A stretch of 64,000 nt of DNA, from the NCBI GenBank assembly GCA_965223325.1, contig CBDCWI010000002.1, positions 4,482,095 through 4,546,094 of the forward strand, read 5' to 3'. This stretch comes from Candidatus Multivoradales bacterium (GTDB taxonomy: Bacteria; Acidobacteriota; Thermoanaerobaculia; Multivoradales; Multivoraceae). Positions 38,124-47,626 of the stretch are shown here, piece after piece. Every line of letters begins with the position of its first letter. The first letter of the stretch is position 1. Under the pieces are notes generated by a model. The model did no database searches, was not told where the DNA came from, and was given only the letters and a program-made list of their open reading frames with translations. The position numbers and the translations under genes are program-made.

Positions 38124-38241
38124 GACGCCGTCATTTTACGCGGAAAATTGACGATGACCTAGTCAAAAGTGCGTTTTTGGCCTAGCGTCAGGTAGGGTGG
38201 TGTGGACTCCCGCACTCCGAAGCCTCGGGCGGGGGCAGAGA

Positions 38242-38958
38242 TCAGGGTTCGGTCGCTGAGGCTTCGGCTGAGGATGGTGCGTCGCAGAAGCGGAGCACGT
38301 CCTCGTCGAACGGGCTTTCGCCTGCGCGGACCCGGTCGCCGTAGGTGTGGGCGTCGAGAACTCTGGTTGCGTCGAGCGTCAGGAGGCGCCCGACGTACGC
38401 CCGGAACGGTTGCTCCCGGTCGTCGACCAGGTCGGCAATCGGGTAGAGGAAAGGGGCGGCGTGCCATTCGTCTTCGATATAGATCGTCGAGACTTCGAAC
38501 TGCGTTCCTGGAGGCATCAGGAGGACCAGACGTCCCGCAAAAGGGTCGGTGGTCGGTTCTTGGAACGAGTCGATCTTCAGGCCATAGAAGTATTCGCTGG
38601 GATGGCTTGGTGTGCCGCCACCGAGCTCAGCGGCTCTGAGGACACCGCGGTAGAGACCCATCATCGAGGACTTCGAGCCCGGGTTTTGTTCGTTGGGAAG
38701 CAGGTCGTTGCTCTCTGCCCCGTAGATCCAGGTGGTTGTTTCGAGGCATTGCGCCGCGAGCCAGGAGTACTCCGGAGCCTGGGTTGCATCGATGATGTTC
38801 TTGCGTACGGTCTCGCCCTGGATCTCCGGTGGAGCCGGCGGTCGGCGACGTTCTCGGAAGCAGCCGCCCGCTAGCAATGCCAACAGAACTGAAACGAGAA
38901 CAAGGCGCCCGATGCTGCGCGAACAGCTGGCGCTCTCGTCAACGTGTCGACTCATCAC
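38242..38958 (-). CDS. Lipoprotein, putative immunity protein, copy 2 (238 aa)
   Basis: Lipobox LAGGC; paralogue of 33849-34562. Confidence 0.85.
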   Translation of the reverse strand: MMSRHVDESASCSRSIGRLVLVSVLLALLAGGCFRERRRPPAPPEIQGETVRKNIIDATQAPEYSWLAAQCLETTTWIYGAESNDLLPNEQNPGSKSSMMGLYRGVLRAAELGGGTPSHPSEYFYGLKIDSFQEPTTDPFAGRLVLLMPPGTQFEVSTIYIEDEWHAAPFLYPIADLVDDREQPFRAYVGRLLTLDATRVLDAHTYGDRVRAGESPFDEDVLRFCDAPSSAEASATEP

Positions 38959-40801
38959 CGCGCCTCAACAGTCGTTTCAGGCTGGCACCCCAGCGCGTTT
39001 GCGTTGCGCCGTTCTCTAGTGCGCTGAGATAGGTCTCCATGCCGTGGGTCGTTCCCCAGTTGCCGTCGTCACCTGAGTCGATATAGCGAATCGAGTAGCC
39101 ATTGCGCTTGTAGTTCCCGAGTTGTGCCATCCCCGGGAATCCCGCGCCGACCAGATTGGGCACGGTGTCGCGGACGTTGACTATAGCGTCGAGCGAACGA
39201 AGGCCCGGTGGATAGGCGTAGGCGGCACCCCCGTAGGAGACGACGTCGATGCGCGCTCGTTCTTCCACTGAGAGATAGGAGAGCGCTGCCGACCCCAGGG
39301 CGGCACCCTGGCTGTGCAGGTGAAGCCGTACCGTCTCGCCGGGGTTTTCTGCCAATTGCTGACGGATCTGGAGGATCAGCCCTTCCGTGGAGCGATCCAG
39401 AAGGTCGGGCTTGTTGTTGAACTGCGTGGAGAACGGGTCGATGACCTTGTGGCTCTCATCGGTCGGGTTGTGGAACGGCAGCACGTTCTCTCCTGTGGCG
39501 CGGTAGACGGCGTTCGCGTTGTCGATGGCCTGGCCCTCTTTGTTCCAGATTCCGTTGACGAAGATGGAGGGGTTCGGGTCGGTCATGTCGCCCTGGATCG
39601 TCAGGATCTTGTAGCTCTCATCGCCGAAGGCCGCAAGCGCCAGGGATTCCCGCCAGCTGTTCTCGGGGTTCTCAACCTGCCACTCTCGGGCCTCCTGCTC
39701 GAGCGCTTCGATGCGGCGGTCAACTTCCCAGAAGACCTCCTCGATCTTCTCGATGTGTCCGTCCATTCGGCTGGCAAAGTCGCGTGTCTGGTCTGCGAGC
39801 CATCCCGGGTAGCTGCCGGAACGTGCGACGTCACCGGCGTGGTCCACCGCCGCTTCGGTCGCGTTCGATATCCAATCCCGGTCACGCTCGCGCCAGGCTT
39901 CGGTGCCTTTCTCGCGCGCCAGGTCGCGACCTTTGTCTGCCCAGAAGTCGATGGTGCCTTCCAGGTTCTCGGTCCAGGCGCCGGCTTCCATGGCGGCGGA
40001 GAACATCTTGCCCCCTGCCGTGCTGTCGAGGCCGTTCTCCAACCGCTCGATTCCCACGCTGACGCCCTCGTTCCAGAGTTCGTTGCGATGTTCCCAGAGC
40101 GACCCGCCGACCTTTGCGGTGGCGACGCCGCCTTCGAAGCCGATCGAGACGAAGGTGTGAGCGGTGCTCGCCATGGCATCCTGAATGTACTCGCGGCCGG
40201 CGATCACTTCCGCGACGGGCCTGGCGAGCTCGTCGACGGTGTCGAGCGCTCGGTCGGTCACGGTGGTGACCTTCTCTTCAACCCACTTGCCGCCGCGGAT
40301 CGCAGCATCCTCAGCGTCGAGGATCCCTTCGGCGGCCTGTTCGGTGACCTTGTCGAGGGCGCCTTCGATGGCTCCGCCCATTCGATCGAGTGCGGCGACG
40401 GTCTCGTCGCGCGCACCGGTCAGCCGCTCGTTCCAACCCTCGACCAGATCGTCGAACCCGTGGTCGACGGCGAAGTTGGCGGTGCTTTCGAGTGCCGAGT
40501 CGAAGCCCTCGGAGACGGTCTCTCGCGCTTCCCCGAGCCAATCGCCGAAGGAGGCCAGGAGGCCCTTCTGCTGGACGTCGCCTGATGGGGCGGTATCAGG
40601 AGCGTCGAGCGCCCAGGGTAGGGAGAAGTCGTCGGAGCCTTCGTAGGTGTCGCCGGGTAGCCACGGCTCGGCTGGCGGTTTGGGCTGGCTGGCGTCGAAA
40701 TCAGGGGCTGGCGGGTCGTTGTTGAACCATCCGCTCACTGCGTTCCAGAAGCCACCGGTGGTTGTACTGCTCATTCTCGGAGTCTCCGGAAGAAGGGTCA
40801 T
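38939..40801 (-). CDS. Lipase-like effector, copy 2 (620 aa)
   Basis: Same HLHSQG, VRDTVP and THGM motifs; most divergent of the three copies. Confidence 0.82.
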   Translation of the reverse strand: MTLLPETPRMSSTTTGGFWNAVSGWFNNDPPAPDFDASQPKPPAEPWLPGDTYEGSDDFSLPWALDAPDTAPSGDVQQKGLLASFGDWLGEARETVSEGFDSALESTANFAVDHGFDDLVEGWNERLTGARDETVAALDRMGGAIEGALDKVTEQAAEGILDAEDAAIRGGKWVEEKVTTVTDRALDTVDELARPVAEVIAGREYIQDAMASTAHTFVSIGFEGGVATAKVGGSLWEHRNELWNEGVSVGIERLENGLDSTAGGKMFSAAMEAGAWTENLEGTIDFWADKGRDLAREKGTEAWRERDRDWISNATEAAVDHAGDVARSGSYPGWLADQTRDFASRMDGHIEKIEEVFWEVDRRIEALEQEAREWQVENPENSWRESLALAAFGDESYKILTIQGDMTDPNPSIFVNGIWNKEGQAIDNANAVYRATGENVLPFHNPTDESHKVIDPFSTQFNNKPDLLDRSTEGLILQIRQQLAENPGETVRLHLHSQGAALGSAALSYLSVEERARIDVVSYGGAAYAYPPGLRSLDAIVNVRDTVPNLVGAGFPGMAQLGNYKRNGYSIRYIDSGDDGNWGTTHGMETYLSALENGATQTRWGASLKRLLRRGDESTR

Positions 40802-41012
40802 GGCTTGCAGACTGTCCTTCCGGTTTCACCGCCGGGCGTTACAGGTCAGAAGCTGGGGCAAGTCCCCGTGCAGAGTCCGTGTACCGGGTCGGTCCGGCAG
40901 GAGGCACTTGGCTGCGCAGGCGGGCCTGGCCTCTCGCGCTGGCCTCGAGGCTGGCGTGCTGCGCACGGGCGTAGCTTCCGGGCCGAGGTCGTAGCGGTCG
41001 GGCGCTGCCCTA

Positions 41013-41050
41013 AGGGCTTACCTCCGACCGTAAGCGGCATCGCCGCGCGC
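41013..41050. repeat. REP-like end of the RAYT element (variant)
   Basis: CTTACCTCCGACCGTAAGCGGCATCGCCGCGCG. Confidence 0.8.
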
Positions 41051-41069
41051 CGTGAGGACGCCCTCCCTT

Positions 41070-41549
41070 CTATTCGGAGCCCAGAACGATCTCGAAACTG
41101 CCCTCTGGCATCTCGATGAGGAGCTTGAGCCGTCCGTTCATCGCGGAGGCGGCCGCGTGCAATGTCGAGACCCTGACGTCCTTGCGTCGTTCGAGCTTCG
41201 AGTAGTCCGACTGTGACACGCCCATCGCCTCGGCAACCTGGACCTGTGTCTTCCCAAGCGACTGCCTCAGCTCTGCGAGCGAGCCCCGGCTTCGATGAAC
41301 CCGGCTGCTCCCTCGATTCCGACAGAGTCTGATCCAATCGCGGACCAGGGGAGACGTTCCGTACATTGGGTAGACATCAATCAGTCGGGCGACCCTTTGC
41401 ACGAGCTCACTGTTGGGGTGCTTGCAGATGTGTTCGAGGAGGGGGCGCCAGCTGTCCAGGTCTCCTCGTTCGAGGAGATCCTGGATAGCCGCCAGGGGCA
41501 TCTCCTGAATCGAGACTCCGGGCTGGAGATCCAGGTGGCGGTGAATCAT
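41070..41549 (-). CDS. XRE-family HTH protein (putative antitoxin), copy 1 (159 aa)
   Basis: LAELRQSLGKTQVQVAEAMGVSQSDYSKLER...VSTL; N-terminal IQDLLERGDLDSWR. Confidence 0.88.
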   Translation of the reverse strand: MIHRHLDLQPGVSIQEMPLAAIQDLLERGDLDSWRPLLEHICKHPNSELVQRVARLIDVYPMYGTSPLVRDWIRLCRNRGSSRVHRSRGSLAELRQSLGKTQVQVAEAMGVSQSDYSKLERRKDVRVSTLHAAASAMNGRLKLLIEMPEGSFEIVLGSE

Positions 41550-42080
41550 GGTTCTTCTAGCCCTTCCTTGATGAATCGCTCGAGGACAGTGGTGGCGAGT
41601 CTTCTACAAGCATCGGAGACGGCGCCCCAGTCTTGCCAGCGACGGTCGAGGTGTCGGTAGAACCGCAGGTCAACCTCCGACAGATCATCAGGCATTGGGT
41701 CGGCGAGTTGTTTCGCGACCTGAGTGGCAATACGTCGCCCTCCCTCGCCCTGCTGATCTTCGTAGTAGTCGTCCATCGAGAGGACGACGTCGGCTGCTGC
41801 TTCGGGCCCCAACCGGTCAGCTAGAGCCACGAGGTCGAGATAGTCCCGTGTGGCGTTCCTAATGAGGCAGAGCCAGGCCTTGATTCTCGTGATCTCGTCG
41901 AGTGTCGGAACGCGGGTCTTGCGACGGCCGATCAAGATCTCTTCGACCTCGAGGGGTCGTTGGCGTATCAAGTTGCGCACACCGGTCTCGACGCCGTCGA
42001 GGGAGCCGAGAATCAAGACAGGAAGCTTGACACGGGCCGTAACCCAGCCGTCCGTGTCTTCCAGTGCGGCGAGGACGTGA
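41546..42080 (-). pseudogene. 5'-truncated AbiEii-like nucleotidyltransferase
   Basis: Matches 46650-47184 but lacks the N-terminal LVGGTA...SFDDD catalytic part; the break coincides with a REP end at 42079. Confidence 0.9.
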
Positions 42081-42115
42081 CCGCGCGGCCGTTCCGCGCA
42101 CGGTCGGGGCAGGTT
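42079..42115. repeat. REP-like end of the RAYT element (degenerate)
   Basis: GACCGCGCGGCCGTTCCGCGCACGGTCGGGGCAGGTT versus consensus GATCGCGCGGCGATGCCGCGCACGGTCGGGGGTAAGTT. Confidence 0.75.
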
Positions 42116-42516
42116 CCGGGCCGGGTGGCCGTGCGGGTCGCGACGTCGACGATCGCGCGCACGTCCAAGTCGGCATCGCTCCGGCTTCGGGTCTGCCGGC
42201 GACTCCCAGCAGGCGGCCGACGAGACCGCCGAAGGAGGCGCGTGAAGCGCGGAAGCGCGTGTACCGGGTAGTTGGGACAGCGCTGCGTACCTCCCTGAAA
42301 GGAGCCGGTGAACTTCTACGTCTTGGTAGACGGCGGTTGCTACCTCCGTGACGAGCACGACATCGCGGCCTTTGTCTTCCAGACCTGGTGATTCCTTTCC
42401 TAGGTCGACTTTCCCTGGGGAGCGGCTTCCATCGCGGCCTCAGTCGCGACATCATGCAAGCGGGAGGCAGAAGAGACGACCCTCATCGATTCGAGATCGA
42501 AGGCTGGACCCGAGCT

Positions 42517-43239
42517 ATGTCTGAGAAGGCTTCTAGAAACCGCATCATCCTCGCGGGCTGTGCCGGTTGCGGCTGCCTGATTGTCGTTGCTGCCGCCGCT
42601 CTCTTCCTGCTTGGCCTGGTCGGAGCACGGACTGCGATCGATTCAGCCGAAGATGCCGCTATCCAGGGCGGCGGGCTCGAATCCGAAGTCCCGGATCTCG
42701 TGGAGCTCGGCGGTGACCTCGCCGTTCTAGCTGACGGCTCGATCGTGGCCACTGACACGGTCGCTGGCGGGGAGACCATGCAGTACCGCACGAGAGAGGG
42801 TGGCGTGCTGCCGGCAGAGAACGACCGTGCGCGAGTCGAGGTGGCCGGTTTCGGCATTCAGCCGGGGGAGCCAGGGCGGCATGGGCTCTTCTGGCAGTTC
42901 GAAGTCACCGTTCGAGAGGGCGACTTGCAGCACGTACTCGTCGAAGACGTCACCGTCGAGGCGGGCCGCGACCCACTGTCGGTGCGGCCGGTGGAACTGG
43001 TTCGAGACCAGGCGCCCGTGCTCGAGGCGGGCCGTTGGCGAGGCAAGACCACTACCTATCTGCTCGCCCGAGAAGCCTTCCCCTGGTTCTATTCCAACGA
43101 AGACACCGTGCGCGTCTTCCGGTTTCAGCTCGAGTTCGCCGACGGTACCGCCACAACGCTCTTTCAGCGTACCCAGCACGAGGGCCCCGTCAAGGCGCAG
43201 GTTCGCGAGCAGCTCAGCGCGATCGACAGCGGTGAATAG
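42517..43239 (+). CDS. Hypothetical membrane-anchored protein (~240 aa)
   Basis: N-terminal GCAGCGCL plus hydrophobic helix; GC3-rich codon usage. Confidence 0.7.
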   Translation: MSEKASRNRIILAGCAGCGCLIVVAAAALFLLGLVGARTAIDSAEDAAIQGGGLESEVPDLVELGGDLAVLADGSIVATDTVAGGETMQYRTREGGVLPAENDRARVEVAGFGIQPGEPGRHGLFWQFEVTVREGDLQHVLVEDVTVEAGRDPLSVRPVELVRDQAPVLEAGRWRGKTTTYLLAREAFPWFYSNEDTVRVFRFQLEFADGTATTLFQRTQHEGPVKAQVREQLSAIDSGE

Positions 43240-43349
43240 AGGCGCCCAGGTGCGGTCGTGATCTCGTTGTAGACCTGGTCTGCGGTGCCTGGAGTCTTGC
43301 CGGGCGTTGACCTCTGCACCTGTGCCGGGCGCCTGGTCGCCTCGCGAGA

Positions 43350-44063
43350 TCAGGGTTCGGTCACTGGGGGTTGGTCTGCTGATGGTTCGTCGCAGAAGCG
43401 GAGCACGTCCTCGTCGAAGGGGCTTTCGCCTGCGCGGACCCGGTCGCCGTAGGTGTGGGCTTTGGCGACATTCCTTGCGTCGAGCGTCAGGAGCCGCCCC
43501 ACGTACGCCCGGAACGGCTGCTCCTGGTCGTCGACAAGGTCGGCAATCGGATAGAGGAAAGGGGCGGCATGCCACTCGTCCTTGATGTAGATCGTCGAGA
43601 CCTCAAACTGAGTTCCTGGAGGCATGAGGAGGACGAGGCGCCCTTTGAACGGATCGGTGGTCGGTTCTGATGCGGAGCCGATCTTCAGGCCGTAATAGTA
43701 GTCGGAGTGGTGGCGAGGCGTCCCGCCACCGAGTTCGGAGGCCTTGAGGACGCCGCGGTAGAGGCCCATCAGTTTGGACTTCGCACCGGGGCTTTCTTCG
43801 TTGGGAAGCAGGTGGTTACTTTCGGCCCCGTAGATGTAGGTCGTGGTTTCGAGGCACTGCCCTACGAGCCACGAGAACTCCGGAGCTTGCGTAGCGTCGA
43901 TGATGTTCTTGCGCACGGTCTCGCCCTGGATCTCAGGCGGCTCAGGAGGTTGGCGGCGTTCTCGGAAGCAGCCGGCGACGAGGATCGCCATCGCGGTTGA
44001 AACGAGAACGATGCGCCCGATGCGTAGTGAGCCGAGTGCGATTGATTGTTCGTGCCTACTCAT
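43350..44063 (-). CDS. Lipoprotein, putative immunity protein, copy 3 (237 aa)
   Basis: Lipobox LVAGC; mosaic of copies 1 and 2. Confidence 0.85.
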   Translation of the reverse strand: MSRHEQSIALGSLRIGRIVLVSTAMAILVAGCFRERRQPPEPPEIQGETVRKNIIDATQAPEFSWLVGQCLETTTYIYGAESNHLLPNEESPGAKSKLMGLYRGVLKASELGGGTPRHHSDYYYGLKIGSASEPTTDPFKGRLVLLMPPGTQFEVSTIYIKDEWHAAPFLYPIADLVDDQEQPFRAYVGRLLTLDARNVAKAHTYGDRVRAGESPFDEDVLRFCDEPSADQPPVTEP

Positions 44064-45933
44064 CACCGCGCCACAACAGTCGCTTGAGAGAGGCGCCCCA
44101 GCGCGTTTGCGTGGCGCCGTCCTCGAGTGCGTTGAGATAGGTCTCCATGCCGTGGGTCGTGTCCCAGTTGCCGTCTTCACCTCGGTCGATGTAGCGGATC
44201 GTGTAGCCGTTGCGCTCGTAGTTGCCGAGCTGTGCCATTCCGGGGAACCCGGCACCGACGAGGTTGGGCACGGTATCGCGGACGTTGACTATAGCGTCGA
44301 GCGAACGAAGGCCGGGTGGATAGCTGTAGGCGGCACCGCCGTAGGAGATCACGTCGATGCGGGCTCGCTCTTCCATCGATAGATAGGAGAGGGCCGCTGA
44401 TCCGAGTGCGGCACCCTGGCTGTGCAGGTGGAGCCGCACGTTTTCTCCGGGGTTGTCTGCCAATTGCCGACGGATCTGGAAGATCAGCCCTTCCGTGGAG
44501 CGATCGAGCAGGTTGGGCTTGTTGTTGAACTGGGTCGAGAGCATGTCGATCGCCTTGTTGCTCTCATCCGTCGGATTGTGGAAGGGCAACACGTTCTCGC
44601 CGGTGGCGGTGTTCACGGTCTTCGCGTTCTCGATCGCTTTGTCTTCGTCGTTCCAGATTCCGTTGACGAAGATGGAGGGGTTCGGATCGTTCTCGTCGTC
44701 GCCCTGGATATCGAGGCTCTCGTAGCTCTCATCACCGAACGCGGCCAGTGCGAGTGCTTCTGGCCAGCTGTTCTCTGGGTTCTCAACCTGCCGCTCTCGG
44801 GCCTCCTGCTCGAGTGCCTCGATGCGGCGGTCAACCTCCCCGAAGACATTCTCGATCCCCTCGACATGCCCGTCGATCTCTCGGCCAAAGTCGCGGGCCT
44901 GGTCTGTGAGCCATCCCGGGTAGCTGCCGGAGCGGGCGACGTCGCCGAAGTGTTCGGCCGCGGCCCCGCTCGCCTTCGAGATCCACTCCCCGTCGTTCTC
45001 CCGCCAGGCCTGGGCGCCTTTCTCGTGCGCCAGGTCGCGGCCTTTGTTGGTCCAGAAGTCGACGGTGCCGTCGAGGTTCTCGCTCCATGCGCCGGCTTCC
45101 ATGGCGGCGGAGAACATCTTGCCCCCTGCTGTACTGTCGAGGCCGTTCTCCAACCGCTCGATTCCCAGGCCGACGCCTTCGTTCCAGATCTCGTCGCGGT
45201 GTTCCCAGAGCGACTCGCCAACTTTTGCGGTTGCCATGCCGACTTCGAAGCCGATCGAGACGAAGGTCTGTGCGGTAGTTGCCATCGCCTCCTGGATGTA
45301 CTCGCGACCGGCAATCACTTCCGCGACCGGCCGGGTGAGCTCGTCCACCGTGTCGAGCGCCTGGTCGGTCATGGTCGTGACCTTCTCTTCAACCCACTCG
45401 CCACCGCGGACCAGTGCATCTTCGGCGTCGAGGATCTCTTCGGCGGCGCGCTCGGTGACGTCTTCGAGGGCGCCTTCGATGGCTCCGCCCATTCGATCGA
45501 GTGCGGCGACGGTCTCATTGCGCGCCCCGGTCAGCCGCTCGTTCCAACCCTCGACCAGATCGTCGAACCCGTGGTCGATGGCGAAGTTGGCGGTGCTTTC
45601 GAGTGCCGAGTCGAAGCCCTCGGAGACGGTCTCTCGCGCTTCCCCGAGCCAATCGCCGAAGGAGGCCAGGAGGCCCTTCTGCTGGACGTCGCCTGATGGG
45701 GCGGTATCAGGAGCGTCGAGCGCCCAGGGTAGGGAGAAGTCGTCGGAGCCTTCGTAGGTGTCGCCGGGTGGCCACGGCTCGGCTGGCGGTTTGGGCCGGC
45801 TGGTGTCGATATCAGGGGCTGGCGGGTCGTTCTGAAGCCAGCCGCTCACAGCGTTCCAGAAGGCGTTGGTTGTACTGCTCATCCCGGGAGTCTCCGAAAG
45901 GGTCATCTCTTCGGACTGTCCTTCCGGTTTCAC
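44056..45933 (-). CDS. Lipase-like effector, copy 3 (625 aa)
   Basis: Same catalytic motifs; mostly like copy 1 with copy-2-like patches. Confidence 0.82.
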   Translation of the reverse strand: MKPEGQSEEMTLSETPGMSSTTNAFWNAVSGWLQNDPPAPDIDTSRPKPPAEPWPPGDTYEGSDDFSLPWALDAPDTAPSGDVQQKGLLASFGDWLGEARETVSEGFDSALESTANFAIDHGFDDLVEGWNERLTGARNETVAALDRMGGAIEGALEDVTERAAEEILDAEDALVRGGEWVEEKVTTMTDQALDTVDELTRPVAEVIAGREYIQEAMATTAQTFVSIGFEVGMATAKVGESLWEHRDEIWNEGVGLGIERLENGLDSTAGGKMFSAAMEAGAWSENLDGTVDFWTNKGRDLAHEKGAQAWRENDGEWISKASGAAAEHFGDVARSGSYPGWLTDQARDFGREIDGHVEGIENVFGEVDRRIEALEQEARERQVENPENSWPEALALAAFGDESYESLDIQGDDENDPNPSIFVNGIWNDEDKAIENAKTVNTATGENVLPFHNPTDESNKAIDMLSTQFNNKPNLLDRSTEGLIFQIRRQLADNPGENVRLHLHSQGAALGSAALSYLSMEERARIDVISYGGAAYSYPPGLRSLDAIVNVRDTVPNLVGAGFPGMAQLGNYERNGYTIRYIDRGEDGNWDTTHGMETYLNALEDGATQTRWGASLKRLLWRGDE

Positions 45934-46116
45934 CGCCGGGCGTTACAGGTCAGAAGCAGGGGCAAGTCCCCGTGCAGAGTCCGTGTACCGGGTCGGTCCG
46001 GCAGGAGGCACTTGGCTGCGCAGGCGGGCCTGGCCTCTCGCGCTGGCCTCGAGGCTGGCGTGCTGCGCACGGGCGTAGCTTCCGGGCCGAGGTCGTTGCG
46101 GTCGGGCGCTGCCCTA

Positions 46117-46154
46117 AGGGCTTACCTCCGACCGTAAGCGGCATCGCCGCGCGC
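46117..46154. repeat. REP-like end of the RAYT element (variant)
   Basis: Identical to 41013-41050. Confidence 0.8.
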
Positions 46155-46173
46155 CGTGAGGACGCCCTCCCTT

Positions 46174-46653
46174 CTATTCGGAGCCCAGAACGATCTCGAA
46201 ACTGCCCTCTGGCATCTCGATGAGGAGCTTGAGCCGTCCGTTCATCGCGGAGGCGGCCGCGTGCAATGTCGAGACCCTGACGTCCTTGCGTCGTTCGAGC
46301 TTCGAGTAGTCCGACTGTGACACGCCCATCGCCTCGGCAACCTGGACCTGTGTCTTCCCAAGCGACTGCCTCAGCTCTGCGAGCGAGCCCCGGCTTCGAT
46401 GAACCCGGTGGCTCCCTCGATTCCGACAGAGTCGGATCCAATCGCGGACCAGGGGAGACGTTCCGTACATTGGGTAGACATCAATCAGTCGGGCGACCCT
46501 TTGCACGAGCTCACTGTTGGGGTGCTTGCAGATGTGTTCGAGGAGGGGGCGCCAGCTGTCCAGGTCTCCTCGTTCGAGGAGATCCTGGATAGCCGCCAGG
46601 GGCATCTCCTGAATCGAGACTCCGGGCTGGAGATCCAGGTGGCGGTGAATCAT
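46174..46653 (-). CDS. XRE-family HTH protein (putative antitoxin), copy 2 (159 aa)
   Basis: One residue differs from 41070-41549; ATGA overlap with the upstream gene. Confidence 0.88.
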   Translation of the reverse strand: MIHRHLDLQPGVSIQEMPLAAIQDLLERGDLDSWRPLLEHICKHPNSELVQRVARLIDVYPMYGTSPLVRDWIRLCRNRGSHRVHRSRGSLAELRQSLGKTQVQVAEAMGVSQSDYSKLERRKDVRVSTLHAAASAMNGRLKLLIEMPEGSFEIVLGSE

Positions 46654-47354
46654 GGTTCTTCTGGCCCTTCCTTGATGAATCGCTCGAGGACAGTGGTGGC
46701 GAGTCTTCTACAAGCATCGGAGACGGCGCCCCAGTCTTGCCAGCGACGGTCGAGGTGTCGGTAGAACCGCAGGTCAACCTCCGACAGATCATCAGGCATA
46801 GGGTCGGCGAGTTGTTTCGCGACCTGAGTGGCAATACGTCGCCCTCCCTCGCCCTGCTGATCTTCGTAGTAGTCGTCCATCGAGAGGACGACGTCGGCTG
46901 CTGCTTCGGGCCCCAACCGGTCAGCTAGAGCCACGAGGTCGAGATAGTCCCGTGTGGCGTTCCTAATGAGGCAGAGCCAGGCCTTGATTCTCGTGATCTC
47001 GTCGAGTGTCGGAACGCGGGCCTTGCGACGGCCGATCAAGATCTCTTCGACCTCGAGAGGTCGTTGGCGTATCAAGTTGCGCACACCGGTCTCGACGCCG
47101 TCGAGGGAGCCGAGAATCAAGACTGGACGCTTGATACGGGCCGTAACCCAGCCGTCCGTGTCTTCCAGTGCGGCGAGGATGTGATCAAAGCGCTCGGTGA
47201 GATCGGAGACCACATGATCGTCGTCGAACGACACTCGATGGCCTGCATGGTGAGCCGCCGCGGTCCCACCGACCAGGACAGCATCAGGCACGAGCTCTTG
47301 AAGGCGGGCAGCCGCTTCGAGAACGGCGGTCCACTTGGGGTTCTTGATGGCCAT
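46650..47354 (-). CDS. AbiEii/AbiGii-like nucleotidyltransferase (putative toxin, 234 aa)
   Basis: AVLVGGTAAAHHAGHRVSFDDD, IKAWL..RNATRDYLDL. Confidence 0.85.
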   Translation of the reverse strand: MAIKNPKWTAVLEAAARLQELVPDAVLVGGTAAAHHAGHRVSFDDDHVVSDLTERFDHILAALEDTDGWVTARIKRPVLILGSLDGVETGVRNLIRQRPLEVEEILIGRRKARVPTLDEITRIKAWLCLIRNATRDYLDLVALADRLGPEAAADVVLSMDDYYEDQQGEGGRRIATQVAKQLADPMPDDLSEVDLRFYRHLDRRWQDWGAVSDACRRLATTVLERFIKEGPEEP

Positions 47355-47472
47355 TAATAGTGATTATAGTCACTATTGTGGCGACTGGGGGTGGAAACGC
47401 CTTGCTCCTCGGGGCGCCTTCTGTGCTTGGGCCCGTTGATCTATCGAGAAACGCCGAAATCGACGGCGTGGC

Positions 47473-47626
47473 GCCCCACGAGCCACGAGAACTCCGGTGC
47501 CTGGGTTGCGTCGATGATGTTCTTCCGCACGGTTTCGCCCTGGATCTCCGGAGGCGCTGGAGGTCGGTGGCGTTCTCGGGAACAGCCACCCGCCAGCCAT
47601 GCAACAAAACTGAAACGAGGACAAGG
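47473..47626 (-). pseudogene. Fourth, fragmentary copy of the lipoprotein gene
   Basis: LAGGCSRERHRPPAPPEIQGETVRKNIIDATQAPEFSWLVG. Confidence 0.88.

Larger units (their letters stand above)
40811..42080. repeat. ~1.27-kb near-identical direct repeat of 45915-47184
   Basis: Constant offset of 5104 bp; covers the hydrolase leader, REP end, HTH gene and 3' part of the nucleotidyltransferase. Confidence 0.95.

Noticed and set aside
42081-42358. N-terminal extension of the 270-aa nucleotidyltransferase ORF
   Set aside because: Read-through into a REP end and non-coding DNA; the true N-terminus is seen in the intact copy
33845-43352. GAGATC at the downstream boundary of all three lipoprotein genes as RAYT target sites
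   Set aside because: It overlaps the shared stop codon and no convincing REP end adjoins it, so shared ancestry is sufficient
47360-47626. N-terminus of the 509-aa ORF as a real Rhs leader
   Set aside because: It is the antisense of the lipoprotein stub plus intergenic DNA; the Rhs sequence starts at ~47627
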